A DNA stretch of 64,000 nucleotides from assembly GCA_012295275.1 (NCBI GenBank), contig CM022675.1, forward strand, positions 14,074,001 to 14,138,000. Reading direction: 5' to 3'. A program made the position numbers and the translations under genes. The stretch comes from Chrysomallon squamiferum (lineage: Eukaryota; Animalia; Mollusca). Of the stretch, positions 53,201-64,000 are shown piece by piece (positions within the stretch are counted from its first letter, which is position 1; every line of letters starts with the position of its first letter). The notes below the pieces were generated by a model, which did no database searches, was not told the DNA's origin, and saw nothing but the letters and a program-made list of their open reading frames with translations.

Positions 53201-55240
53201 AGTTCTAACCCTATGCCTATACAAGTCCCCAACCTTAATTCATACAGTAACCCTACTTCCGATTGTGACCATCAAATTATTTTTGTGATTATCACAACAC
53301 TGACAACAAACTTTAAATAACTCTAAACCTAACCCTAACCCTAGCCCTATCACAACAATCACAATAAAATTAAAATAACCCTAACTGTATCCATAACCCT
53401 AACCCTAACCCTAGCCTTAAACGTAACCCTAACCCTAATACTAACCACAGCTAAACTTTCAAATAAATTCCTGCTCAAGTCCCCAATCTCAATCATCAAT
53501 CCTGAAATTATTTTCCTCATTATCATAACAATCTCAATAAAATTGAAGTAAACTAACTCTAACCTAACTCTAACCCCAAACCCTAACCCTACCCTAACAT
53601 AACCCTAATCCTAAATAAAATTAAAATAACCCTAACTGTATCCATAACCCTAACCCTAACCCTAGCCTTAAACGTAACCCTAACCCTAATACTAACCACA
53701 GCTAAACTTTCAAATAAATTCCTGCTCAAGTCCCCAATCTCAATTCTTACAATAATGTTACTTCCTATCGAGATCCTGAAATTATTTTCCTCATTATCAT
53801 AACAATCACAATAGAATTGAAGTAACACTAACTCTATCCCTGACCCTAACTCTAACCCAAACCCTAACCCTAGCCCTAGCCCTAACCCTAACCCTAACCA
53901 TAACCCTAACCCTAACCCTAACCCTAACCCTAGCCCTAACCCTAACCCTAGCCCTAACCATAACCCTAGCCCTAACTATAACCCTAACCCTACCCCTAGC
54001 TAAACAAATACATTCCTGCTGAAGTCCCCAACCTCATTTCTTACCGTCATGTTCTTCCTATCGAGATCCTCAAATTACTTTCCTCATTATGACAACAATC
54101 ACAATAAAATTAAAATAACCCTAACTCTAACCCTAACTCTAACCCTAACCTTAAGCCTAACACTAGCCCTAACACTAACCCTAACCCTAGCCATAGCTAA
54201 ACTTCCAAATAATATCCTAGTCAAGTCCCCAAATGTCAATTCTTACCCTAACGGTACATCCTATCGTGACCTCAAACCATTTTGCTCATTATCACAACAC
54301 TAACAACACAATTTAAATAGCCCTAACTCTAACCCTAACCCTAGCCCTAACACTAACCCTAACACTAACCCTATCTCTATAAATAGCTCAACTTCAAAAG
54401 CTAATCCTACACATATTCCCAACATTTATTTTTACACTAAATCCACTTCCAGTTATCACAAACAACAATATTTTAATAACCCTAACTCTATCCCTAACCC
54501 TAGCCCTATTCCTAATCCTAACCCTGACCCTAACCCGAGCTAAATATATAATTCTAATCCTATCAGTCTCAAACATCAATTCTTACCCTAACAGTACTTC
54601 ATATTCGACATTCAAATTATTTTAATGTTTATTACAACACTCACAAGAAAATTTAAATAAGCATAGCCCTAACTCTAACCCATACCTTAACCCTCTCCCT
54701 TACCTTATCCCTAACCATAGCTCAATTTCTAAACCTAAACTTATGCACGTTCCTAATGCTGTTTCCTATCGTGAACAAAATTTAAATAATCCTAACCCTA
54801 ACCCTAGGTAAGCCTATAAATCTAATCCAAATATCAATTCTTACCCCATCGGTACTTCCTATCGTGACCCTCAAATTATTTTGCTCGTTATCACAACACT
54901 CACAGTAAAATTTAAATAACCCTAACTCTAACCCTAACCCTTGCCCTAGCCCTAGCACCAGCCCTAACCCTAACCCTTACGATAGCTCAACTTCTAATCC
55001 TAATCTTAACCATGTTCCCAACATTAATTCTTACCGTAATCTTACTTCCTGTTGAGACCCTCTAATTATTTTGCTCATTGTCACAACAATCACAATAAAA
55101 TTTAAATAACCCTAACTCTAACCCTGATTCTAACCCTAACCCTAGGTAAACAAATAAATCTAATCCTAAGCAAGTCGCAAACATCAATTCTTACCCTAAC
55201 GGTCCTTCCTTTCATGACCCTCAAATTATTTTGCTTATTG
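47290..55240. repeat. Older, diverged layer of the same satellite family, with variant telomeric hexamers
   Basis: Cores like caattcttaccgtaat..ctcaaattattttgctcattatcacaacaatcacaataaaatt separated by CCCTAA, CTCTAA, CACTAA and CCATAA tracts. Confidence 0.92.
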
Positions 55241-55822
55241 CTGATTTGTAGCAGATGTGTTAATAAAAAGATAATTTTTTTCTACGGTTCACCATTGAAA
55301 CCTGATTTTCTGTGTTGGATATTTTTGTATTCTGAAATATAAACATTACTGCCCTTGAAAATGTAAATCTAGTAGAAAGAAAGAAAAGAAAATTTAATAA
55401 ATAAATATACAATAAAATAATAATAAAATGAAGAAAGTGATAAATACACAAACAGATAAGAAAGCAAGTAAATACTTAAGTAAGTAAATATATAAATTAA
55501 TTATGATGCAACAATATAGGAAAACATGCTAGTTAGAAAATATGATAGTGAATAATATCTGTGATGAAACCACAGAAATATATTCTGATAAATGAAATCT
55601 TTTTTCTGTATTATTATTAGCTAATAGAGAAAAAGAAAATGTTTAATTTGATATCATTTTTCATTTTGATACTAAATATTTAATTCTACATTTAAAAATA
55701 ATATGTTTTTTCTTCTTCGCTGTTTGCAATATTTTATTATAATTATAGTTATTTTAATGTTATTAATATATATAACAATTTTAATTTTATTAATACTATT
55801 TTTGTAATTCTTTTGTTTTCAG

Positions 55823-57173
55823 AGTTACATAGCTTTTTCTTGTTTGTGTCCAAACAAAATTTAGTGTAATTTAGTTGATCCATATTTTGTGTTTATACCA
55901 GTAACTTGTAAGTATATCCTTTTCTTTTTCTTCTTTTTGTTTTTCATTTTCTTCTTCTACTTCTTCTTTTTTATTCTCCTTCTTCTTGTTTTTTCTTTTG
56001 ATTATGGTTATGATATTACTATATTTAGAGTAATCTATAAATATATTTCCTAAATGTTTTCTTTAAATAAAGCAGATATTTAGGATATTCCAGTATAAAT
56101 GATGATGATTCCTATTATAATTATTTTTTCTTTATGATTATTATTATTATTAACAGTATGGTAGTAGTTTTAATAGTATTATTAATAGCAGTAGTGGTGA
56201 TAATTATAGTGTTGTAGTGATATTGGCAGTGATGTTTGTCATCATAATAGCATTGATAGTAGCAATAGTACTAGTATCATTATTATTTCTAATGAGACTC
56301 TAGTTTAGATCATAACTGCATTCAGTTATTCTAAATAATTAGTGCATGCTTTACTAAGAAAGACTGAACAAAAGATGCAACAAATAATTGACATTTGTTT
56401 ATTACATTTTATTTTAATTTTTCAGATACTTTTTTAAGTAATTCTATGCAACATTCCTGGTTGGCTGTTTCTTTGCCTGGTTTGGCAAAATCTCATTAGA
56501 AGTGAGTAATATTGTAAAAGACTGGAATGGAAAGGTATAGGGCAGTGGGTAGATAAATTATCAGCCAACTGAATGAGATGTAATAAAAATAAACCTGTAC
56601 TAACTGTTACTTATCATAATGTGTTGGTGTCAAATATTTATTTACTGACTTTGTATTTTATTGGAAATGGATATCTAAATATTGGTAGTAATATTAATGT
56701 ACTATTTGCTTTACTCTTTCTCTTTCTCAGTACAATTTATCATCTGTATGCATAATGTACCATCTATGTTTATAATGTATCATCTATAAGTATAATCTTT
56801 CATCAGTAAGTATAATATATCATCTGTAAGTATAATTTATCATCTGTAAATGTAAGTATAGTGTATCATCAGTAAATATAATTTGCATGTATATATTTAT
56901 TTATTTATTTCTGTTTTTCAGTTGTTTATAAGTCAGTATCATGTGTGGCTGGCTGCTGACACATACGGCGTTCTCGTTTTGGTTCCCAACTACCCTGTTC
57001 TCAACGTCATTCTCACGTCCTTCATCTTTGTCTGTCTGAGTCATGAAATTCACAAAATAACTTCAATTCTCACAAAGTACGCTGTGCCTAGTGAGTGGAA
57101 ACTCTTACTCAGAAACCTTTTCTTCTTCATAGCCCTTCTTTCTATCTGTGTTACCAATGGATTAGTTTTCTAA
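55823..57173 (+). pseudogene. CASD1: CASD1 (CAS1-domain O-acetyltransferase), last three exons, disabled
   Basis: Exons 55823-55900 (SYIAFSCLCPNKI*CNLVDPYFVFIP; TAG at 55862), 56426-56501 (ILF*VILCNIPGWL / FFAWFGKISLE; TAA at 56435 plus a frameshifting deletion) and 56922-57173 (LFISQYHVWLAADTYGVLVLVPNYPVLNVILTSFIFVCLSHEI..; open). Confidence 0.9.
56745..56885. repeat. ~20-bp intronic minisatellite
   Basis: tataat(g/c/a/t)tatcatctgtaag-like units, 6-7 copies. Confidence 0.7.
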
Positions 57174-57279
57174 TCTGAACATTTTCATGAAAACCAGTTT
57201 ATTAAATATCTGTGTGTTCTGCTACATGTAGTGGTGGTCAGTTTTCAAAAAAAATGAGGTGACAACAAACATTCACTTA

Positions 57280-58087
57280 CCTTATATACTTGTGTACAAG
57301 GCGACCTTATGTATAAGTCGATGTGTATTTTAAGACCAAAAATTGCGTCATTTTAGGTATTACTTGTGTAGAAGTCGACTGTAGATTCCAGGCACCGTCA
57401 CTATTTTTAGACCAGTGTGACAGTGCCATGAAGGCCTACATTGTACGCCTACTGTAACATAACTTGCACGAGCTGTAACTTGCACGAACATTCCATAATA
57501 ACGTAAATGCATGTATTACACGAGCTATAGCCTAAATGTATCATAAATAGTATCTCTTTAATGTAATAGGTCTAACATGGAGACCTAACTTACCGTTATA
57601 TTTAGCCGTTCTATGATTTACAAAATTTGTCGGTAGTGGATATTAATGACGATTGCAATATTATTTCACCAAATTCTTTACAGTTAAACAAGTGAGTTTT
57701 GTTTATGAAATTAGGACCGATATTTAGTGCAATTTGGCAGAGAAGTCTGCATTCCTAGATCATTGCAAGACGCCGTAAGGTATAACGCCGTACTGACGGT
57801 TTTCTCGCTTTAAAATGTATTTTTATGTCATTAAACGGAAGAATATCATGTTTTACATTCATATTTGGTTTTGTTATTTAATTTTTCAAAATTTTTTATA
57901 CGATAAAATTATATTTTTGAAAAGCTGAAAGACCGCGATTATTTTAGACGCATCCCGTAGCAAAAAATAATCAAAATGGCGACTCTTCAGCAACAGCTAC
58001 AAAAGCATTACCTATGTATAAGTCGACTCCCAAAAATATTACCTTAATATAGTCTCCCAAAAATTCGACTTATACACAATTATACGG
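57280..58087. mobile_element. Non-autonomous TA-flanked DNA transposon (MITE, Tc1/mariner-pogo-like)
   Basis: Left end TA|ccttatatacttgtgtacaaggcga; right end tcgacttatacacaattatacgg|TA. Imperfect TIRs, TA duplication, subterminal tgtataagtcga copies near 57310 and 58015, no ORF. Confidence 0.8.
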
Positions 58088-59221
58088 TATTAATTAAAAA
58101 GTTATTTGTTATTTTGTTTTGTTATGTTTGTTACATATTTATTTGTTAATTTGTTATCATTATTATTATTTTGTTATTATCACTGTTGTCACTACTAATA
58201 TTACTATTATCATTTTCATTATTATTTTGGTGATTATTATTTTTATACTGATATCATCATATGTTTTCATTATTGATATTATTAAACTTTATTTCTATCT
58301 TTATCATTTCAAAATGTGTTTATTTAGATTTGTTTATTTAGTAATACGCAAACAAAATACTTAATCTTGCATGAAATTGTGAGTGTATTTTAGATTTTCT
58401 GCAGGTTTATCATTATTTTACATATGTCTATAAAATGTGTAAATGTCTGTGTGTGTTCCTATATATGCATAAATATATATATAAAACGTATGTAACTGTG
58501 TTTATTTATCAAGTTATTTATTAACTGAGATTAGGATTTTATCATTTGAATGGGCATCATAGCATTCACAGTAAATATTTTGTGATTTATGTGTGTAGTA
58601 ATATATATATATATTATTTTTGTTTTTTAAGCTGACCTTTTCTTTGAATTTGTTTAACTTTTTGAAATTATTGTTATATCATAAACAGATACAGGAAAGA
58701 AAACTAATCTGTATTTATTTTATTTTTTTAAATTTTATTTTCACTTATTTATTTCATTTTATTTTATTTATTCATTTTTTTATTTCATTTTATTTTTTTT
58801 TAAATATTTTATACATGCAATCAGTGATGTTAATAAACCTAACTAACAAATGCAAAAGGTAAATTTAAACATCACATTATTTACATGCATAAGAGTATGT
58901 TTTTCTTCCTGTATTTAAATAATTATATTTGATGTGGGTATATAAAATATTACATTTCATGTGGTTAAATGAAATATTTACTTCTGAGGGGGGTTAATGG
59001 GATTTCATTGTTTTGCAGGTTTTGTATGTTTTATACTTGGAGAATATCAAATCATGGTTTATATCATATACCTGAAATTCTTATCATCATTATCATTATA
59101 ATAAATATTTTGTATTATTATTATTATTGTTATTAATAATACCCTTAACTAATAAAAATTATCTTTAAATGTACATGTGCATGAAATAGAGAAAACAAGT
59201 TTTTATCTTTGTACATGATTG

Positions 59222-59329
<108 letters not shown>

Positions 59330-59781
59330 ATGGCATTGTAGCAATACAGCAAAATGTACCACGGAAAACTTCACTCAGCACAAGGCCTCCACATTACACA
59401 GACGTTTGGGAATCCTTGATACATCATCAGCATTGTATAATACACATCATCTGATAAACAACATCTATATCATATATAATAATCCATTTTTTCGTATAAC
59501 CCCTATCCTGGTATCATCCATGTAATATTCTTCATCTGCATCTTTGAGGGAAACCATGAGTTATAATAAATCAACCTATTATAATACATTTTATTTACAT
59601 TTTTTGTATAAAGGAACGTAACAGTTACTCAGTCTTTTCTGTAATTTACTCTTACCGTAAAATAGATTTATTCCCCTTCGACAATTTATAAAATCCATTA
59701 AAAAGCTTCTTTTTTTTACAGTTCGTTCTGAATACAAACTTTAATACGAAAAAAATATTTACTTTATCTATCTCTCTTTCT

Positions 59782-59796
59782 ACACAACACACACAC

Positions 59797-59860
<64 letters not shown>
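59782..59860. repeat. (CA)n microsatellite
   Basis: Direct reading. Confidence 0.92.
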
Positions 59861-59865
<5 letters not shown>

Positions 59866-59927
59866 GTATAGTTATATTTATTTACTGTTTTTCTTTTATT
59901 CCAAGACTCTCACTTATTAATCTAGAG

Positions 59928-60529
59928 CAGCGTTTTTCAACCTGGGTCCCAAAAAGTCCCTCGGGGTTCCGCGAGAAATGTGAAATAACTTAATGCACTT
60001 TTGAGTTAGTTTTATTTAATTTCATATTCGTAATATTATGCACAGCATACTGGGAAATCTTTCGTTATCGTGCTAAAGACGCCATCCTTTCTAACCTATT
60101 GTTATTAAAAATATCATAATCATTACGAATATATTTAGTGATGTCTGTTCGGTGCTAGCGTGAAACCGCTTTCACCTTGCGTGCAGGTTCAGTCCCTCAT
60201 TCACCCACGATATTCAGTACGTTTTTTTTCTCCAGCATTCAGGGACTTTCAATGAATTCTAATAATTTAAGCACGCTTTTTTAATTGCATTTTTTGGTTT
60301 GTTAACTTAAAAGAAGGTACCATAAACTAGCAGTATGAAATTTATTTAGTATTACTAATAAATTTGCAAAAAAAAGGTATTAAACTTTCCTTAAACCTGT
60401 TATTAAATTATATATATATAGGATATTTATTTATCACATGAACTACGATGAAAAAGTATGACAAAGATATGGTATATACATTTTTTTTTGTGCAGGTATA
60501 CCTTGAGACATGTACTTTATTTCACGCTG
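59928..60529. mobile_element. Non-autonomous hAT (Charlie-like) element
   Basis: Begins cagcgtttttcaacctggg and ends acgctg. Flanked by a perfect 8-bp TSD atctagag at 59920-59927 and 60530-60537. Confidence 0.85.
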
Positions 60530-60710
60530 ATCTAGAGTGCACTACTTCGACTTCGAGAGCGTTGACATGCGCATTGGCCATGTACTTCAGACTGATAACA
60601 AAAACAGTTGCGTGTCACCTGTTATTTTGCTCGTGCTTATTTACTCCTTATTAAAGATATTTTTACCATTACTTTTTTGTATCATTTTCTTTTTTATTTC
60701 GAGTTTTTAG

Positions 60711-60735
60711 GGAAATGTTCGAAGCTGTCCATAAG
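60711..60735 (+). other. Candidate short upstream exon of the PGRP gene
   Basis: ttttag|ggaaatgttcgaagctgtccataag|gtaag. The PGRP ATG at 61045 directly follows an AG acceptor, implying an upstream exon. Confidence 0.45.
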
Positions 60736-60899
60736 GTAAGACTATATTTAATATGCTTCTTGTTTTTAAAGAAATGGAATTAAATAATTGTTCTTTGTGA
60801 TCTTGTTGTGTTTTCGTTTTGTGTTATTTTGTTTATTTATTTATTTAGTTATTTTGTTTCATTTTTATTTATTTTATTAGGGTTTATATATATATATCC

Positions 60900-60954
<55 letters not shown>

Positions 60955-61044
60955 TAAATGCTGGTCGTATTCAGACAACATAATAATCTACTATGTAGAG
61001 GTAGTTACACTTTAAAATGTACATCATAATTTATTTGTCGATAG

Positions 61045-62020
61045 ATGTGGCTCCTGGTGTTCTTAAAGTTATTTCAACTCATCAGCCAATCAGAAGCTCA
61101 AACGTGTGTGTGTGCCTCAGAAAACACTGATATTTATTCATCTCCACATCAAACAGGCGTCCATCTTGGAGTACTCTCTGCGCCTGATTGTCTCCCTTAC
61201 AAAAACAAGCAGACGGCTACAGAGATTGATAATTTTGGATATCTTCATGCTCTTGTTGATTTTCATGGACAGGTTACTAAAATAAATAATAAAAGAAGAA
61301 ACAAATACTCTAAAATAAACCCATCTGAATGTTAGCCTCAAACCAAATCATTTTTATAATCGTGTATTTTAAAAATCAAAACCCATTGGGTGTAGATAAG
61401 TTTATCTATATGCGTAAGTGAGTAAATGAGTTATCATCATATTCGTAAAGAATTTCCTATACCAACTCGTTGTAGGTTAACCTATAGGCCTATCTCTTAA
61501 ACAAAACCGTTGTTTTATTTTGCAGGATGCCTGGGTAGACACAAAAACAGTGTACGTTAGGTCTTGCACAGGTAATTAATATTAATAAATATTCATAATT
61601 TTATTTCGTTCATTTATGCACATCCAGAATATTTTATGCTTTAAAATATTTAATTTCAGATCGAGTAGATTTTATTTTGTTATTATTTTATTTCTGTTTT
61701 CTACATGAAATTATTACTGTCGTTATGGGTAAAAGTGTATATGGAAGTCCAGTGGTCCAGATCCTCTGGTATCTTATCTCTAAACTCTAAAATGGATCAC
61801 CTGCAGTTCCAAGATATTTCTTTCTATATTCACCACTACATGGATCACAGTAGTCTTTTTAATCACCAAAGGCAATTAATAAGAGATATCGCTCTCGAGA
61901 TTAGAAAAATTTGCCAGTAGAAATTACTGTGTTATATGAGATTCAAATCCACCAAATCTTTCTACAGTAAATGCTTTTCGGATTTAAAATAGATCTCAAA
62001 TTCAAGTTGAATATGACTTA

Positions 62021-62062
<42 letters not shown>

Positions 62063-63525
62063 GTATTTAATATTTAATAGTTATATGTTTAAATTCTAAT
62101 TATTTCGAAACTGCCTTGTAAAATTTAAAAAATTATCTTTAGAGCCGTTCCACTGCGTTTGTGCCACCAACTCAACCATAATAAGATCATCCGAGTCAGA
62201 AAACAGTCTACCCCTACACCAGCTCTTCCGCAAGAGTTGTCTTACAAACCAAGGTCAAGGCCATGACAGACACTGGACCAGAGTGAAGATTTCACAAAAC
62301 AAGGTTCAAAATCTGATGTTTCATCCTTTAGTATAATAATTATTGTTACAGCATTTTGTATTTTTACTAAGTGTATATTTGCACTTCCTGCCAATTATGC
62401 CGTTTCAAAGATCAAATAAATTAGCCTTAGTATACAATAACAACAGCAATATCAATAACAATAATATGTGTGTACTATATTTTCTATGAGTGGCGTATAT
62501 TCAATAAAGCACAGGTTTCGAAACATCTTCTAAGTGTACCCCTTGATGCGTATCATTTTCACAACATCATGGCAGAGCAACTTCAGTACTGTTACTTGAT
62601 GCATTAGAAAAATGTGCACAGGACTTTAATCTGAAAACACAATGAAAATTATAATTTTGAAAAAGAAAAGAGAAAAGAAAAATAGTTCAACTTCCGTACA
62701 AATATTGTTTTTACTTATTATTTCAGACTAATTCATGAATGTTTACACTCAGTCTTGTTTTACTTTATTATAATTGTTTTTATCGTTTGTTTTTATTTTA
62801 TTTTATTTTATTTTATTTTATTTTATTTTTTTTTTTGCTCTCTTTCTCTTTGTCTCACAGTATGGCTTGGTGAAGACTAATAATGTAGCTTTCCACGATC
62901 ATTGCGTATGTAAGTAATAATATTGATATTGTTTTATTTTACTTTATGTATCTTTATTATTGTTGTTGTTCCTTCTTTTTTTTTTTTTGTTATTTGTTTT
63001 GTCGTTTGCTGTTGCTTTGTAGGTTTTTTTTTGTTGTTTTGGGTGTTTGTTTTGTTTTTTGTTTATTGGGTTTTCTTTTGGAGGGAAAGGAGAGTTGTTT
63101 TTTTCTAGGTGTTTGTTGTTGTTTTGTTTCTATGTGTTTCTTGTTGTTTTGTTGTTGTTTTGGGGAGTTGTTTTGTAATGGGAGGGTTTTACTGGTTTGT
63201 TTGTTGTAGTTATTTGTTTTGTTTATTGGTATGAGTTTTTGTTGTCCTTGTTCTTGATCTTGTTGTTCCTTTTTATTCGTTTTATTTTTTATTTTTTTAG
63301 CTATTCACAGCTCTGCAGGTCATCATCAGAATCTCGAGCTGCCGGGGTGTCCGTATATAATCAGTCGCAGTAACTGGGGGGCACGCCCTCCGCGCGCAGT
63401 TCATCACCTAACACACAAACCCTCATTCTTGATCGTTCACCATGGCGCCACTGTGGGTTGCTCCTACCGAGAAGAATGTATACGTGAGGTCAGAGCTTAC
63501 CAAGACTTCCACATGGACGGACATG
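61045..63525 (+). CDS. PGRP: Secreted peptidoglycan recognition protein (Amidase_2/PGRP) with two N-terminal SH3b-like repeats; 3' partial
   Basis: Phase-consistent exons 61045-61272 (signal peptide MWLLVFLKLFQLISQSEA + repeat 1), 61526-61571 (DAWVDTKTVYVRSCT), 62143-62303 (repeat 2), 62861-62909 (YGLVKTNNVAFHDHCV) and 63301-63525 (GCPYIISRSNWGARPP..FLIVHHGATVGC..C..VRAYQDFHMDGH). The last exon is the classic PGRP domain N-terminal half. Confidence 0.9.
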
Positions 63526-64000
63526 GTAGACGTTATTTATAATGGTCAGAAATATATATATGGTCAAAATCGTCGCCTGCTAATTGTCATTTGTGGTCGG
63601 TTTTCTCCTAAACGTCCATCCTACACCCCATAAATGTATTATATATTACCGTTTCTGTACGAAATGACGTCAGAAAGGAATACTGATCGTCTAGGGCTTT
63701 CAAATAAACAAGACGGACGTCGTACATATATTGCCATTTTCAGGGATACTGGCACCATGCAGACTTTGTTATACTCATAATCTGTAAAGGTTAAAGTCTA
63801 GAAAATGTACATTTATTTATTCAATAACAAACACGCTTTCCTTTGTTAGAATTATGGATACATTATTTATATATTTTTACTCTTATTGCTACAACTACTA
63901 CTACTTTTACTACGACTACCACTACCACAACACTACCATTACTACTACTATCCACCATCACCACAGTTATTATATTTGCTATTCCCATGTGTGGTTTTTA

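Noticed and set aside
48445-54579. ORFs of poly-(RV), poly-(LG) and poly-(NP)
   Set aside because: These are the reading frames of (TTAGGG/CCCTAA)n.
32568-55240. True chromosome end or telomere-telomere fusion
   Set aside because: Pure CCCTAA runs are short, ordinary DNA flanks both sides, and there is no TTAGGG/CCCTAA inversion point.
32568-55240. Telomere-targeted retrotransposon array (SART/TRAS or Penelope-like)
   Set aside because: No reverse transcriptase or endonuclease ORF, no poly-A tails, and the inserts are only ~147 bp. A non-autonomous origin cannot be fully excluded.
63442-63633. ORF MAPLWVAPTEK..
   Set aside because: Wrong-frame reading of the PGRP exon 63301-63525.

Overview
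AT-rich, intron-rich animal genomic DNA. TTAGGG-type repeats, a Nin/Deu-SINE remnant and the gene content suggest a lophotrochozoan, probably a mollusc (inference). 0.2-16.8 kb: a TRPM-family channel gene on the minus strand with about 23 exons. Its splice sites are canonical and I saw no nonsense substitutions, but it carries at least three single-base frameshifts. 17-32.5 kb: minisatellites (53, 56, ~47, ~27, 42 and 26 bp), SINE remnants, and a decayed ankyrin-repeat sequence joined to a duplicated piece of one TRPM exon and its intron. 32.6-55.2 kb: an interstitial satellite of at least 22 kb. Its monomer is a fixed 147-bp core plus a variable (CCCTAA)n tract; it shows higher-order repeats, a 200-N gap and an older, diverged layer on the right. 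55.8-57.2 kb: the last three exons of a CASD1 pseudogene. 57.3-60.5 kb: a TA-flanked MITE and a hAT-type element with a perfect 8-bp TSD. 60.7-63.5 kb onward: a secreted peptidoglycan recognition protein with two N-terminal SH3b-like repeats, continuing past the window end. Most ORF-track entries are artefacts of repeats.
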